A stretch of DNA of 63,612 nt, the filler included, from Olpidium bornovanus S191 (lineage: Eukaryota > Fungi > Olpidiomycota), in assembly GCA_017911155.1 (NCBI GenBank). It is 26 parts of 26 records of this genome, joined end to end, with 100 filler letters (N's around TTAATTAATTAA, not from the genome) between each part and the next. Parts side by side here need not be neighbours in the genome. Positions count along the whole stretch, not along the records: positions 50,123 to 51,753 come from JAEFCI010006061.1; positions 51,854 to 54,509 come from JAEFCI010007655.1; positions 54,610 to 56,168 come from JAEFCI010002157.1; positions 56,269 to 58,841 come from JAEFCI010012454.1; positions 58,942 to 62,035 come from JAEFCI010001800.1; 21 more parts are not named here. One strand, written 5' to 3'. Position 1 is the first letter of the stretch, and the number at the start of each line of letters is the position of its first letter. Under the pieces are notes generated by a model that was not told where the DNA came from, searched no databases, and saw only the letters and a list, made by a program, of their open reading frames with translations. Shown here piece after piece: positions 50,827-62,035 of the stretch. Both the position numbers and the translations under genes were made by a program.

Positions 50827-52190
50827 CCCCCCCCCCCCCCCCCCGCCTTGACGCGCGACACCACGTCTTGCTCTCGCGGACCCTAGTCGCTACCAAACTC
50901 TTCGCGTCCGACGGGTCCTCGTCTTCTTTTCATGTCGGTTTTTCGCACGCACCAATGTAGAATTCATCAGGCATTCCACTTGCACCCCGTGACTTTGGAG
51001 CTGCTGGATGCCCGGCAAACTTCTCGGCCGTGACCAGCACGGGTATGACTTTCATGATCAAAAGCAGTTTCTCTGCTGAGGTCACCCACCGTGAGGCGGC
51101 TGTCTCCAGAGAGATCGACATCTGATGCAAACCACTGCCGGCGCTGCGCTTCATTACATACCGGAAATGGGGCTGACGTGCCTTTTTCCCGCCGTTTGTG
51201 AATGCCTGATTGAATTTGTGCCCCCGGGGAGCGCTGAAAAGAAGAGTTGTTTGAAAAATTACTGTCTCTTCCCTCCTTTTACCTTCCTTCTATTATTTGC
51301 TGTATCCCTCCAATGCGGGTTTCCGCACGTTCTACCCCTTTTGCTATCAATATTCCGTCCGCGTGTGGAAGAAGGGGGTGATTATTGTCGATTCCACGCC
51401 TGCAGTACTTCGCCTTCTGCACTACGCCACGCGAAAACAGAACGAAGGAACCTGCGACTCCTCTGACAACGAAAGGAGTCACATCTGTGCAGCATTGTGT
51501 GTAGAATTGGGGGTGTAGGCAAAAAGGAATGTGAAATGGACGGCGGGATCAAACGCTCTGCACTTTCGGCTTTACGAAACTTCTTCCACTTTCTTGTCAT
51601 AGAATCTTGTCAACATCCAGATGACGACGTCGGGCGTGTCAGGGTGTTATGCCGTAAGGTTGGTCCCCTCCCGCCCCATTCCACCCAGCAGCCACGCCGC
51701 CGGCCTTCTTTATTTTTGTCCTTCCTACTCTTCACGGACGGCCGCGGCCATGCNNNNNNNNNNNNNNNNNNNNNNNNNNNNNNNNNNNNNNNNNNNNTTA
51801 ATTAATTAANNNNNNNNNNNNNNNNNNNNNNNNNNNNNNNNNNNNNNNNNNNNAGAGTCCCTAATTGGTTCCTACAAACCTACAGGCTGATCGCGTTTCG
51901 GCTCGAAGCCCTGGAACTGACTCTCATTTTGACGGTGTTGCCAGGTGGGTCTCGAGACGTGTCGACGCTAACCGATGTGGCTGAACTGCGCATAACTTGA
52001 CGGAGACACGCTTTTGGCGCGACATTCTTTCACACCAAAATACACAGCGCAATCCAAAACCAACAACACCACCGTGGTGTCACACACACTGGGTGATCCC
52101 AGGTCCGGCGATCACCCATCGCCTCACGCAACCACCCTATAAGCGTGTCGGTCGCGGGGGCGATTGGGCTGGCTACTGTTACACTGAATT

Positions 52191-52416
52191 CCGGGATGCG
52201 CCGGATTTACCGGATTTGCTGGAAGTATTGGATTTGCCGGGTTCGCGGGATTCGCGGGATTTGCCAGACTCCACAAATTTGACGAATTTATGCAGTTTCG
52301 AGGTCGTATGGGCGGATTCTTGATTGACGACATTCGTGGGATTTGTGGAATTTGCCGCATTCGTAGGATTAACCAGATTCGCAGGTTTCTCTGGATTCGC
52401 GGGATTTTTGGAATTC
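52191..52416. repeat. About 25 imperfect 9-bp tandem repeats (consensus near GCGGGATTY)
   Basis: 9-nt periodicity is visible; one minus-strand frame reads ...ANPANPANPANP... Confidence 0.8.
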
Positions 52417-52813
52417 TTAGTTTCCCCTGATTTGACGATTCAATTTCTTGAGCCGGCCGCTGGCATAATTTTTTTTCATTTTACTTTTTTGACCACCGGC
52501 CTGCGTTTGTTGTTCGGTAGCCGCCGGTGCCGTATATTTTTCTGTTTTCACTTGTTTTTCTAAACGGCCACAAGTACACTTATGATTTCTTTTCTTTTTT
52601 TTTTTTTTTTTGACGGCCGAATTTTTTTCTGCCTTTTTCTGAAGCCTGTTTGCTTCGTTTTGTTTTTTTTAGGAAGCTGCTGAAGTGCATTTTTCCCTAT
52701 TTTCTGACATAAGAGTAAAGGAAAATCTGAGTCTTAGTGATTAATATATCTATTACTATTAAAAATATTGCTATATATATAATTACATACATATACATAT
52801 ACATATATTATAT

Positions 52814-53845
52814 TGTCGAGGGTTTTGTAGATCACGTGACTTTTATGTATACTACACCTGGCTCCCACTACTAGCTACCACCGAACCCGGAGAAGAAACA
52901 CAAAAAGAGAAAAGAACCGAAAACTGTCAGGTTATGAGCCCAACTCGACTCCGCTGAAAACCTTGCATACCATCCTCCCTCTGGAGCGCCGCCATCCATC
53001 CTTCCTTCGGCGCGCCGCCATCCTTCCTTTGGCGCGCCATCCTTCCTTTGCCTTTGCCGGCGCGTATCCTTCCGCTCCGCCGCCGCCGCTGCGCTCCCGC
53101 AGCCGCCGCGCCACCGCCGCCGCCATCGCCGCCGCCGCCATCGCCGCAGCCGCCGCGGCGCCCTACGCCGCCCACGCCGCCATTGCCCCAGCCGCCGCCG
53201 GCGCGGCGCCCTCTGCCGCCGCTCGCCGCTGTCAAGGGAGCCTTCCGCCCATCCTGAAACATACTTCATCAAGTTATGAGCACAACCACATCCAGCGCGT
53301 GCCCTGCGCCGCCTCGATGTCCACCCACCAGGCCTCGTTGACAGCTTCTACAACTACGTCGTCGGCATCAGCGTCAAATGACATTCAGCTTCCCACCGAC
53401 ATCGTTAACCGACTGGTACAGCCCGCCATTGAAAATGCTGACTCTACTCCTTTTACTTCTTCTTCCTCTGTTGCTGCTAACCCTCCTTCCAGCTTTGTTA
53501 CTTCTTGTGTTCACTGCAGGAAAAAAGCCCCAATTTTGACCCTCAGCGCGACCCTTACGCCGGCACTGACGACTACAAAAACCACTCTGACCTTGTTACA
53601 GTACGAGGATTAGCTCATTCTCCTCCACCAAGAACTTCACCATCGCGATGCTCGCGAGGCCGCCAGTGACGCCCAACACCAAGAGCTGCTGAGTGCCTTG
53701 CAGCTATGTGACCAACAGCTGTCTACTGTTTTAGCGCAAATGACCACCCTTTCCTCTTCTCTGCTTCAGCAACAACAAAAGAACTCTCTTCCCGCCCAGA
53801 CTCCTCCGCTGCCGCCGGCCCCGTTTTCTCAAGATTATGATGTAT
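52814..53845 (+). mobile_element. Ty1/copia 5' LTR (116 bp), PBS, leader and degenerate gag N-terminus
   Basis: TGTCGAG...ACTGTCA (52814-52929) followed directly by GGTTATGAGCCC (52930-52941). Then a CCG-rich leader and a frameshifted ORF (MSTHQASL...; ...HQELLSALQLCDQQLSTVLAQMTTL) that is interrupted at 53846. Confidence 0.72.
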
Positions 53846-54509
53846 TGTTGTGGGTGGTGTGTCCGGCGAAGGTTTCTTGTGTTTATTAGAAGAGGGGGGA
53901 CACCAGGGGTTTACGTACTGGGGCCCCCCCTCGATTGGGGGCCCGAACAATAAGGAGGTGCGGGTGGTACATCGAGCTCGAGCGGTGGGTATCAAAATCG
54001 GGCGAAGAGCATTTGGGATCGAGCAAAGGGCTTCGAGGTCGAACGGAAGGCATTGAGATCGAACGGAAAGCATCGAGGTCGAATGGTACATCGATCGAGG
54101 GCGGTGCGTTGGGCGGAGGAATGATGGAATAATAGAGTGTCCACTACAATCCCCCCGTCACGAAGAAAGCGTGGCCCCGCGCGAATTGGGGCTAACTTCG
54201 AGGGGCGGCAACGATGAGTCGGTGGGGCTACAGAAAGGAGGCTAGCCGCATTAAAAACCCGTCTGGTCGTGTGTCTTCTTGCCCGAGCAGGAAAAGCGTA
54301 CTAGCAGGAGAAAGAGAACTATGGTGTCAGCGATCGGCGAGTCGACGCCGGTGTTAGTCGACGGCGGTAGCTATCGGGCCGTTGCGATGCATTTTGATGA
54401 AAGCATCGAGGTCAAGCGATGTGATTGATGCAGCGGCCGATGGACGGCGTACAGACGAAAAGAAGCGATGTAGAGCAGGAGACAATAGGAGTCTCTGGCG
54501 TGCTCATGC
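53846..54509 (-). mobile_element. 3' LTR (303 bp, 54148-53846), PPT and 3' region of a gypsy-like element inserted antisense into the copia gag
   Basis: On the minus strand, PPT GACGGGGGGAT directly precedes TGTAGTGG...CCACAACA (7/8 inverted termini); AATAAA lies in the LTR. Confidence 0.75.
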
Positions 54510-54919
54510 NNNNNNNNNNNNNNNNNNNNNNNNNNNNNNNNNNNNNNNNNNNNTTAATTAATTAANNNNNNNNNNNNNNNNNNNNNNNNNNNNNNNNNNN
54601 NNNNNNNNNCATGGCGTTCCGGAACCTGGCTTCGGGTGAGGAACACGCCGTTGTTTCGATTTTTTTTTTTTTCTTTTGGGTTTTGTCGGGGATGTTTTTT
54701 AATGGTTTTTTTTTTGGAGAAAAATTTTTGTTTTTTTTCTCTTTTCCTTCTCTTTTTCTTTCTTTGGTGGTTTTTATTTTTTTTTTGGTTTTCTTCTTTT
54801 TTTTTGCTGGTTTTCTCGACGGAAGGGGGGGGAGGGGTTGGGTGGTGTTATTTTTTGGCTTTTTTTCCCCTGCATTTTTTTGTTGTTCTTTAGGGGTTTT
54901 TGAGTTTTCTTTGTGATTC

Positions 54920-56001
54920 GGATTGCGAGCCGGACGCGGGGGCAGAGCCTGGTCCGGTCGCGCTTTCGCGTAATCCTGCCAACGGCCGTCGGCGTTACCC
55001 CAACGCCCCCTGCACAGCCAAGTTGCCCACGCTCTTCGACACGATCGTGGAACACGGCGTCCCCGACGGCTTCGCCATGCAGCTATGCCCGACCGACGGC
55101 GCCTTTTCCGCGGCCGACATCCCCCCTCCCGCCGCCGCCGCCGCCGCCGCGCCCCCGCTGGCGGCGGGCTCCCGCCGGCGCACGGGGAGCCTGTGGCTCG
55201 GGGGAGTCGACTCCTCGAAACTGGCCGAGCCGTTCCGATACGTCCCCCTCGTCGCGCGCGACTGGTACCAGGTCCGCCTCGACTCCATACGGCTCGGCGG
55301 GCGCGACGTCCCGAACCTCCTCCCGCTCAGCGACCCGAAGGCCATCGTGGACTCCGGGACGACGGACATCATTTTGAGCAGCGAGGTCCGGCCGGGGGAG
55401 GGGGTATCGTTACCGGCGGTTTCCTTTCCCCCCCCCCACCCTTTGACATCGGCGCTTTACGGACGACCCTCACAAACGGAAGATTTGATGGGATTTTTTT
55501 TTTAATCTCCGACATCGAACGTCCTCTTTCCCCTCCCCCTCCGGCCCCGCCCCGCCCCCCTCTCTCTTTCTCTCCCGGGGCTTGCGCTCAGAACTATCAC
55601 TCGCTGGTCTCCGCGCTGTACCACTCGGACCTGGTCAAGTTCTCCCCCCGCGTGCCGAAGCAGTACGTGCACGACTTTTGGTTCAAGGGCAACTCGCTGC
55701 GCCTGCCTTCGCGCGAGTACGCCGTCGACCCCTCGGCCGGACTGGAGGTCGTCGTCGACGGCGTGGTCATCCCGATCGACGTGGCCAACGTCGTCAAGGT
55801 CACGCCCTACGGCGGCAGCCCCGGGTACGTCGACATCTACTGGGCCGGGTTCAGCCCCGGCGGCGCGCAGGGGTCCGGCGTCGGGACGATCCTCGGGGAG
55901 ACCCTGTTCGTCGGCAAGGTCGTGTTCTTCGACCGCGTGCCCCGCCCGAACGCCCCGCTCGGCCGGATCGGATTCGCCGAGGGGAAGGACTGCTACGGTT
56001 C
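54920..56001 (+). CDS. Aspartic protease (pepsin family A1, BACE-like), C-terminal lobe, partial
   Basis: FAMQLC, GSLWLGG, WYQVRLDSIRLGG, catalytic AIVDSGTT, ILGETLF..VVFFDR...RIGFA; intron at about 55386-55591. Confidence 0.9.
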
Positions 56002-56268
56002 GTGGGTTTGTCGGGGCCCCCGTTTCTCTCTCGGGTTTTACCGCCGCGCCGTTCTTTTGCTCCGTTTTTTTTTTTCTCCCGCCGCCCGCCCCACCCCCCT
56101 CCTTTTTTCCTCTCTCTATCTCGCCCCTCCATCCCTGCCCCCGCCCGCTGCGCCGGAATTCCCCCCACNNNNNNNNNNNNNNNNNNNNNNNNNNNNNNNN
56201 NNNNNNNNNNNNTTAATTAATTAANNNNNNNNNNNNNNNNNNNNNNNNNNNNNNNNNNNNNNNNNNNN

Positions 56269-57490
56269 CATGGACTTGAGGCTGGCGAACGCGGTGACGG
56301 CAAGACCAACGTTTTTCTTTCGCTCGAAGCGGTTTATCGAGAGAATAATGCGGCGCATACTGGATCCGAACAAAGGGACGGAGCAGTCGCGCTTGTCAAT
56401 AATTGCTGAGGAGGTCGACACCAGGAGGAAATGCTTGGAATCATAAAGCGAACAGTCCGGCGAACGTTTTTAGAGGTTGGACGTCTTCTTGGTCCTCGTC
56501 CTCAGGCTCGTCATACGCCTCCAGCCTGATCCCCGGGTACAGCAAACGCGGCGAGTGGAAGAGCGATGGGAACGCCTCCCTGTATGTTGCGGCCGTAAAT
56601 CGGCTGTTCACAGCGATCATGTCGGCCATTCCTGGTCAAGCATTATCTGAGATTTCGAATATTGGCATTGCCAATGTGTAGGAAAATTTTTGGAGAAGGA
56701 GGCATGGAGCGGTTCTGGGTGTACCTGTCGTGTACTCCTCCAGCATGTCGAGTGGCCACCGGTAAATCCTCTTCAGCAAGCTATCGCGGCGGGTAAGGAG
56801 CTTGTCCGGGAAGTGGCAGTAAAAGAATATCTGCAAACCATCGAAGGGGACACGCGTTCCTCGTCAGCGTGTCTGGCACGCATTTTGCGGTTGGGCAGGA
56901 TGTCCAAAGTCGGGGTAATTTTTCTAATGTTTGAAATCAAATCCACACCTTCGCCTTGCCCAGCCGCAGCAACGGTATCGACGCAGATTGTTGGTCCACG
57001 AAAATGACGTCATAGTCATCAGGGTCGAAAAGGATCCGGATCGCCAGGTGGAGGCTACGAAGAATGGAGCAGACGATGTGGAACGCGCCAAAAAGGGACA
57101 CAGGAACCACGTTCCCTCGCACGCGGACTTGCAATGTGCCTGCAAACATGCGTCGCAGACACCCTCAAAATTTTGCCGGTTGCGTCTGAAGGAGGCGTTT
57201 CCCTACGGCCTCGAATGCAAGCAAGGTGGCCTCTAACCGCGTACCATCGCGGGTCTCCTTGAAGCAGTGGCTGCGATCATGGTGGGAGGTGTAGATAACG
57301 ACCGAATGGCCGTTTGACTGGAGGCCACTTGCGGCGTCTACCACAAGTCGTTCCGCGCCGCCTGCATCCGTAAAAGGGAAAGTCTGCGTCGGTTCGTCCG
57401 TTCGATCCCACCTACTCAACGCCGAGATCGGCGAGAAGCCCCGTCCTCCCCACCTATCCCCAAGTCCGGGTGGACAAAAGCGACGCGCAT
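56269..57490 (-). CDS. ALG2: Alpha-1,3/1,6-mannosyltransferase Alg2 (GT4), 3'-partial, at least 6 exons
   Basis: [12 protein letters not shown]|[11 protein letters not shown]...[16 protein letters not shown]|...|[12 protein letters not shown]...|[11 protein letters not shown]...LYPGI|[12 protein letters not shown]. Confidence 0.95.
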
Positions 57491-58106
57491 GTGCGATTTC
57501 GGTCAGGCTGCTGTTGCGACTGCGTCCGCCGTTGCGCGTTCAGCTGCCCTCCTTTAGCCTCGTCCACCGGCTCCGAGGTGCGCGCAGGGGCGAAACTGGA
57601 TGAGGGAAAGCGGGAGAACACGGTAAGACGCCGGAGTTTTCCGTTTCTAAGAGGCGCGCGCCACGCACGCCGCGGAAGAAGAATGGAGGAGGAGGAGGAG
57701 GAAGGCGGACGCGATGTTTCCTGCCCGCCCCTCGGCATTTTCCCTGTCGCTCCGCTCTGCTGCTTACTTATGCGTGCAGTCAACGAGTTGCGCGGCGGAC
57801 AACGCGCCAGTATGTCGTCCAACGTCCACTCAAATTGGTGAGTGTTCGTTCTGCGCCTTCGTCGGGCTCGCAGGGCAAACCACCGCCAACGACGACAAAG
57901 CTCGAAGCCGCCGGCCAAACCAGGCCAGCCCGTCGCGTTCTCCCAGGAAAACGAATTCTTGTGTTGCTGCCGACCGCCGTCGCGGAGGCTGGGAAGCCGG
58001 CCGCAACAGTCCAGCCGGGAGGAGAACTGACGTTGGCTGTCTAAACGCCGTGGAGCGGGAAGGTTTCCTTGTCGAATCGACTTGGCGTCCTTTGACGCGG
58101 GCGGCG

Positions 58107-58841
58107 ATGGGGGAAGCGGCGGGGCAGACAGCCAAGAACGCGGCCCACTGCGGCACGCGGCGGTATCTGCTGATCGCGTTTTTCGCCATATGCACCCTGT
58201 CCCTCATTGCGTTTTTGCGGCGGGCGCCGAAGCTACAGCTGCCCCCGGGTCGGGCGCGCACAGCCCCGTGGCCGGTCGTTGCGGACGATGACGAGCTTAC
58301 CGTTGCTAAGTTCTACGGGCAGATTGCGCATGAAGTGCTGCCGTTCCGGTCGCGACCGCCTGACGGCATGGTCGCCGACTTTACCAAGATCGAACACCAC
58401 TGCCGCGTCCCCGAGAACCCGCCGGAGGCGTGTCTGGAGTTTCTCCGCCATGATTTCGCGCACCTGGTCGCAGCGGAAACGAAGGGTGTCGCCTCGCCTC
58501 CGCCGTGCCGCGAGGGCGCGGAGCCTATGCTTTTCCACGTGTACTGGGAGGGCAGATGGGAAGAGCACATTGCCCTGATGCTCAAGTCGTATGTCCTCAG
58601 CCAGCCGCCAGAATGTTCCCGGCTGTGGATCTGGACAGAGGCCGACCCTGCGGGCCTTGCAGCAGAGGACAGCACTCGGACCCTGCAACGCCAGTTGGAA
58701 AGGGGCGTACACGTGAAAAAGTGGAACTCGGCGGAGCAGCTGAGATCGGCCTTCAGATTGGTCGGGATGGAAGCAAGCCCGCAGGTTGTCCTGACGCGGC
58801 TGGCCGAAGCCGCCCGCAAGCCGGTCGCGTTCAGCGACATG
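58107..58841 (+). CDS. Type II membrane glycosyltransferase, probably GT32 (DXD) family, 3'-partial
   Basis: Signal anchor RRYLLIAFFAICTLSLIAFLRR; LFHVYW; LMLKSYVLSQ; RLWIW; ends in VAFSDM, at the position of the SDxxR motif. Confidence 0.7.
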
Positions 58842-59116
58842 NNNNNNNNNNNNNNNNNNNNNNNNNNNNNNNNNNNNNNNNNNNNTTAATTAATTAANNN
58901 NNNNNNNNNNNNNNNNNNNNNNNNNNNNNNNNNNNNNNNNNAAAAGCAGGGCGCGAAGCGGTCTCGAGAAGGACGCACCCGGGACCGGTCCATGCCTACC
59001 CTTCCACCGCGTCTGCCGACGGGGCCGGCTGTGGCGTTTATGACAGTCGGGTGGAAGGGGGAGAAGTGGCACCCTGGGGCTCTGACTGCCGTTATCGAGG
59101 AGGCTTGACTCGTTCA

Positions 59117-59172
<56 letters not shown>

Positions 59173-59489
59173 AACGAAAAGAAAAAAAGGAAAGAAAGAA
59201 AAAACTGTAAAAGAATAAAAAGGAAAAAAAAAGAAAAAATGACAACCAAAAATTAATGAAATGAGAAAAAGAAAAAAAAAAGGAAAACTAGAAAAAGAAA
59301 AAAAAGTAAGAAGAAAAACCAGAAGAAAAACAAAAAAAAATGGAAGATAAATGAAAGAAAGGAAATAAGTATAACAAAAAAGAAAAAACGGAGAGAAAAC
59401 GAAAAAGGAGAAAAGGAGTAAAAATGGGAAAAGAAGGCGGAAAAAGGAAGAAAATAAAATCAAAAAAGGAAAAAGAAAAAAATCGCTCC

Positions 59490-59754
59490 GGCTTCTTCGC
59501 TTACGTCCAGAGGTGGAACAACACGGTCGTAGGCGGCGCAGTTCTGGGTGAACGCCGCGGCAGCGAGCAGCAGCTCCGGCCCCGAGATTGGCCTCGTGCG
59601 GATCGGCGGGAGCTTCACAGCGGGGTGGGGGTGACAGCAAGGCCGCGGTAACGTCGGCGGCAGATGGCGGCCGGGAGCCGCCGCGGGCGGCAGCAGTTCG
59701 CGCGCGGACGAAGCGGGCGCGGAAGGGTCGCAGGGCGATCCGGTCATGGCGAGC
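59490..59754 (-). CDS. Possible first exon of a hypothetical protein
   Basis: MLAMTGSPCDPS...ELLLAAAAFTQNCAAYDRVVPPLD ending at a GTAAGC donor, followed by a long T-rich intron-like tract. Confidence 0.35.
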
Positions 59755-60164
59755 ATCTTTTCGAGCAAAAGGTCTATGCAGGATCTGGCCGAAACAAACA
59801 CACCGCCCGGCGCGCAAGGCCCCCCGCGGGTTGCCCGCCGCCCACCCTTCCCCAACGCCACTCCGCGCACCGCGCACCGTCAATTACGGGCGAGCGCGCG
59901 CGCGCGCGCGGCCGCCGCAGCCCCGGCGCACCCCGCCAAACGCCACACGCCCTTTGGTCGTTGCGCGCGCCCGCGCCACACGTGTACACGCGACGCACGC
60001 CCCCTCTTGCCCGCCCCCTCCCGCCGGCACCTCTAGACGGGCTCAGCCAGCCTAGCTGCCTTTTCCCTCCGCGTACGCGGCGGGCGAGGCCGACAGCGGG
60101 CAGACAAGGAGGTGGGGGGAAAGTGGGAAGCGGACAGCAGCGGCGGGGGCGGCAGCAGCGAGAA

Positions 60165-60217
<53 letters not shown>

Positions 60218-60218
60218 T

Positions 60219-60262
<44 letters not shown>

Positions 60263-60875
60263 TTTCTTCGGGAAAGAGTGGTGCGTCCGCCGCCTTCGCT
60301 GCGGTGGGGGATCAATTTGAAGCGCCAAAAAAAAAAAATTCGTTTCCCGCACGGAACTCGCTGTCGGGCCGGAGGGGAAAACCCTGCGCACCCGCCAATG
60401 CTGTGGTCACGTGAGCGCACGGGAACGCGCGACTATAACGTCCCCCCAAGTCATCAGCCGAATTCCCCCGCGCACGCGGCCGCCTTCCCCTTCCTGCCAC
60501 TTCCTGCAAAAAAGGCTAAGAGCGCAATGGAGAAAAACACGGTTCTCTACGGAGCCTCGTTCTTCTACAATCCGCGCTTGGCGCAGCTTCCGCTCTCGTT
60601 GATTATGAGCCCAAACCGTGGGCCAAACCCTGTCCACCAGAGAAGAAAAACCGCGCCGCATGCGCGGGACACTGGGAATCGCCTGACCTACGACGGGCAG
60701 GAAGGAGCTGGTGTCGCGGCTGCGCCGTCAACCCTCTTCCCTGCGAACCGTCAAAGCAACCACGTGACGTCATCCCGCGCCAAGATAAGCAGCCGTTGGC
60801 GCCGCGCTGCGCCCGTTTGCGCTCAAGCTGCGCCTATGCGCTCAAAGCTTCGCCCGCGCTGCCCAATCACGTGAC

Positions 60876-60960
60876 GTCACCAAGCCCAAGGCCACCAGAC
60901 ACGTTCCCAGTGTGTCTGGTCGCCCGTCACGTGACTCTCCAAACCTAGACCGAGACCTAG
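60876..60960 (+). repeat. Diverged copy of the sequence at 1-80 (LTR-derived)
   Basis: CCAAGCCC...CAC(T/C)AGACAC...GTGTGTCT(A/G)GTCGC...GTCACGTG...CCTAGA is shared with positions 3-75. Confidence 0.75.
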
Positions 60961-61774
60961 TGTGCGTAGTGAAAATGACATACGTGGGTTCCTAAATGGT
61001 GGCGACATTATTGGAAAATCGCCCCTTTGGAATACTCTTAGAGCCAAGGGCCAGCACCAGGCCCTACGTTCTGACGCGCCCCACGCCGCGTCCCACGTAG
61101 GCCCGCTACCTAGACCACACCTCTTGAACGAATTTTACCCCGCGGGCGCGAGCCTCTCGAAGGGTACGAATCTCCGGTCAAGTGTTTTTTATTTTTTCCT
61201 TTGCCCGCGGTGGCCGGCATGGCCGACGGGCAGCAGCCGTCGGGAGCCGTTCAGAAAGAAAAATTCCAGAAAACAGAGCTGTGACCGGGGAAAGTTTCCG
61301 GTCAACACAGTGTTTTCGGGGAGAAGGAAAAAAAAAAAAAAAAAAAAAAAGGAACCGGACGGGGGGTGAAGCAGCGGCGGGAGCACGGTCGGGCCGGAGT
61401 GTCGACGCGATCAGCAGCAGCCGGTGACAGGAGGTGGTGGCAGGCAGGGGGGGGACGCAAAGGGGGGGCGAACGCGGACGAAAAGAGTAAGTCTGGCGAC
61501 TGCGACGACGGCGAAGAATTTCGCGACCGCGGACGACGAGGAAAGCCGGCGGGGGCGCGGAAAGCAAGTTCCCCGACGTGCGCGGGACTGCGGGTCTTTT
61601 CTGCGAGGGGGGGTTTTTTTTTTCCAGGGAAAAAGAACAACAAAAAAACAAAAATAATCAAAAAGTAAATAAATAAATAAATAAATTTCTCTGTTCGAAA
61701 AAGCCGGGGTCCCACCCGCCCCGGCCCCGCCTTGCGCGCGCACTCTGCTCTCTCTCTCTCTCTCTGCTCTCTCT

Positions 61775-61805
<31 letters not shown>

Positions 61806-61947
61806 TTACCTCTCGCTCTCTCGCTCGTGTCCTCCTCCTGCCTTGCCTTTGGCCTGCCTGCCTGCCTTGCCTGTCTGTGCCTTTGGCCTGCCTGCCTGCC
61901 CGCCGCTCTTCCACGCCTAACCCCACCCACCCCGGAGCGAAGCGCCC

Positions 61948-62035
61948 GCAAAAGCCATTTTGGGCGCCGACAACGACACGAAGGGCTACCTCCTCCGTAA
62001 AGCCCTGTATGGGCTGAAGCAATCCGCGCGTTGTT
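61948..62035 (+). mobile_element. Ty1/copia reverse transcriptase fragment
   Basis: KGYLLRKALYGLKQSARC(W) matches the copia RT motif LxKSLYGLKQSxRxW. Confidence 0.8.

Noticed and set aside
60601-60612. GATTATGAGCCC as a third copia PBS
   Set aside because: It has one mismatch, is not preceded by CA, and has no recognisable LTR upstream.
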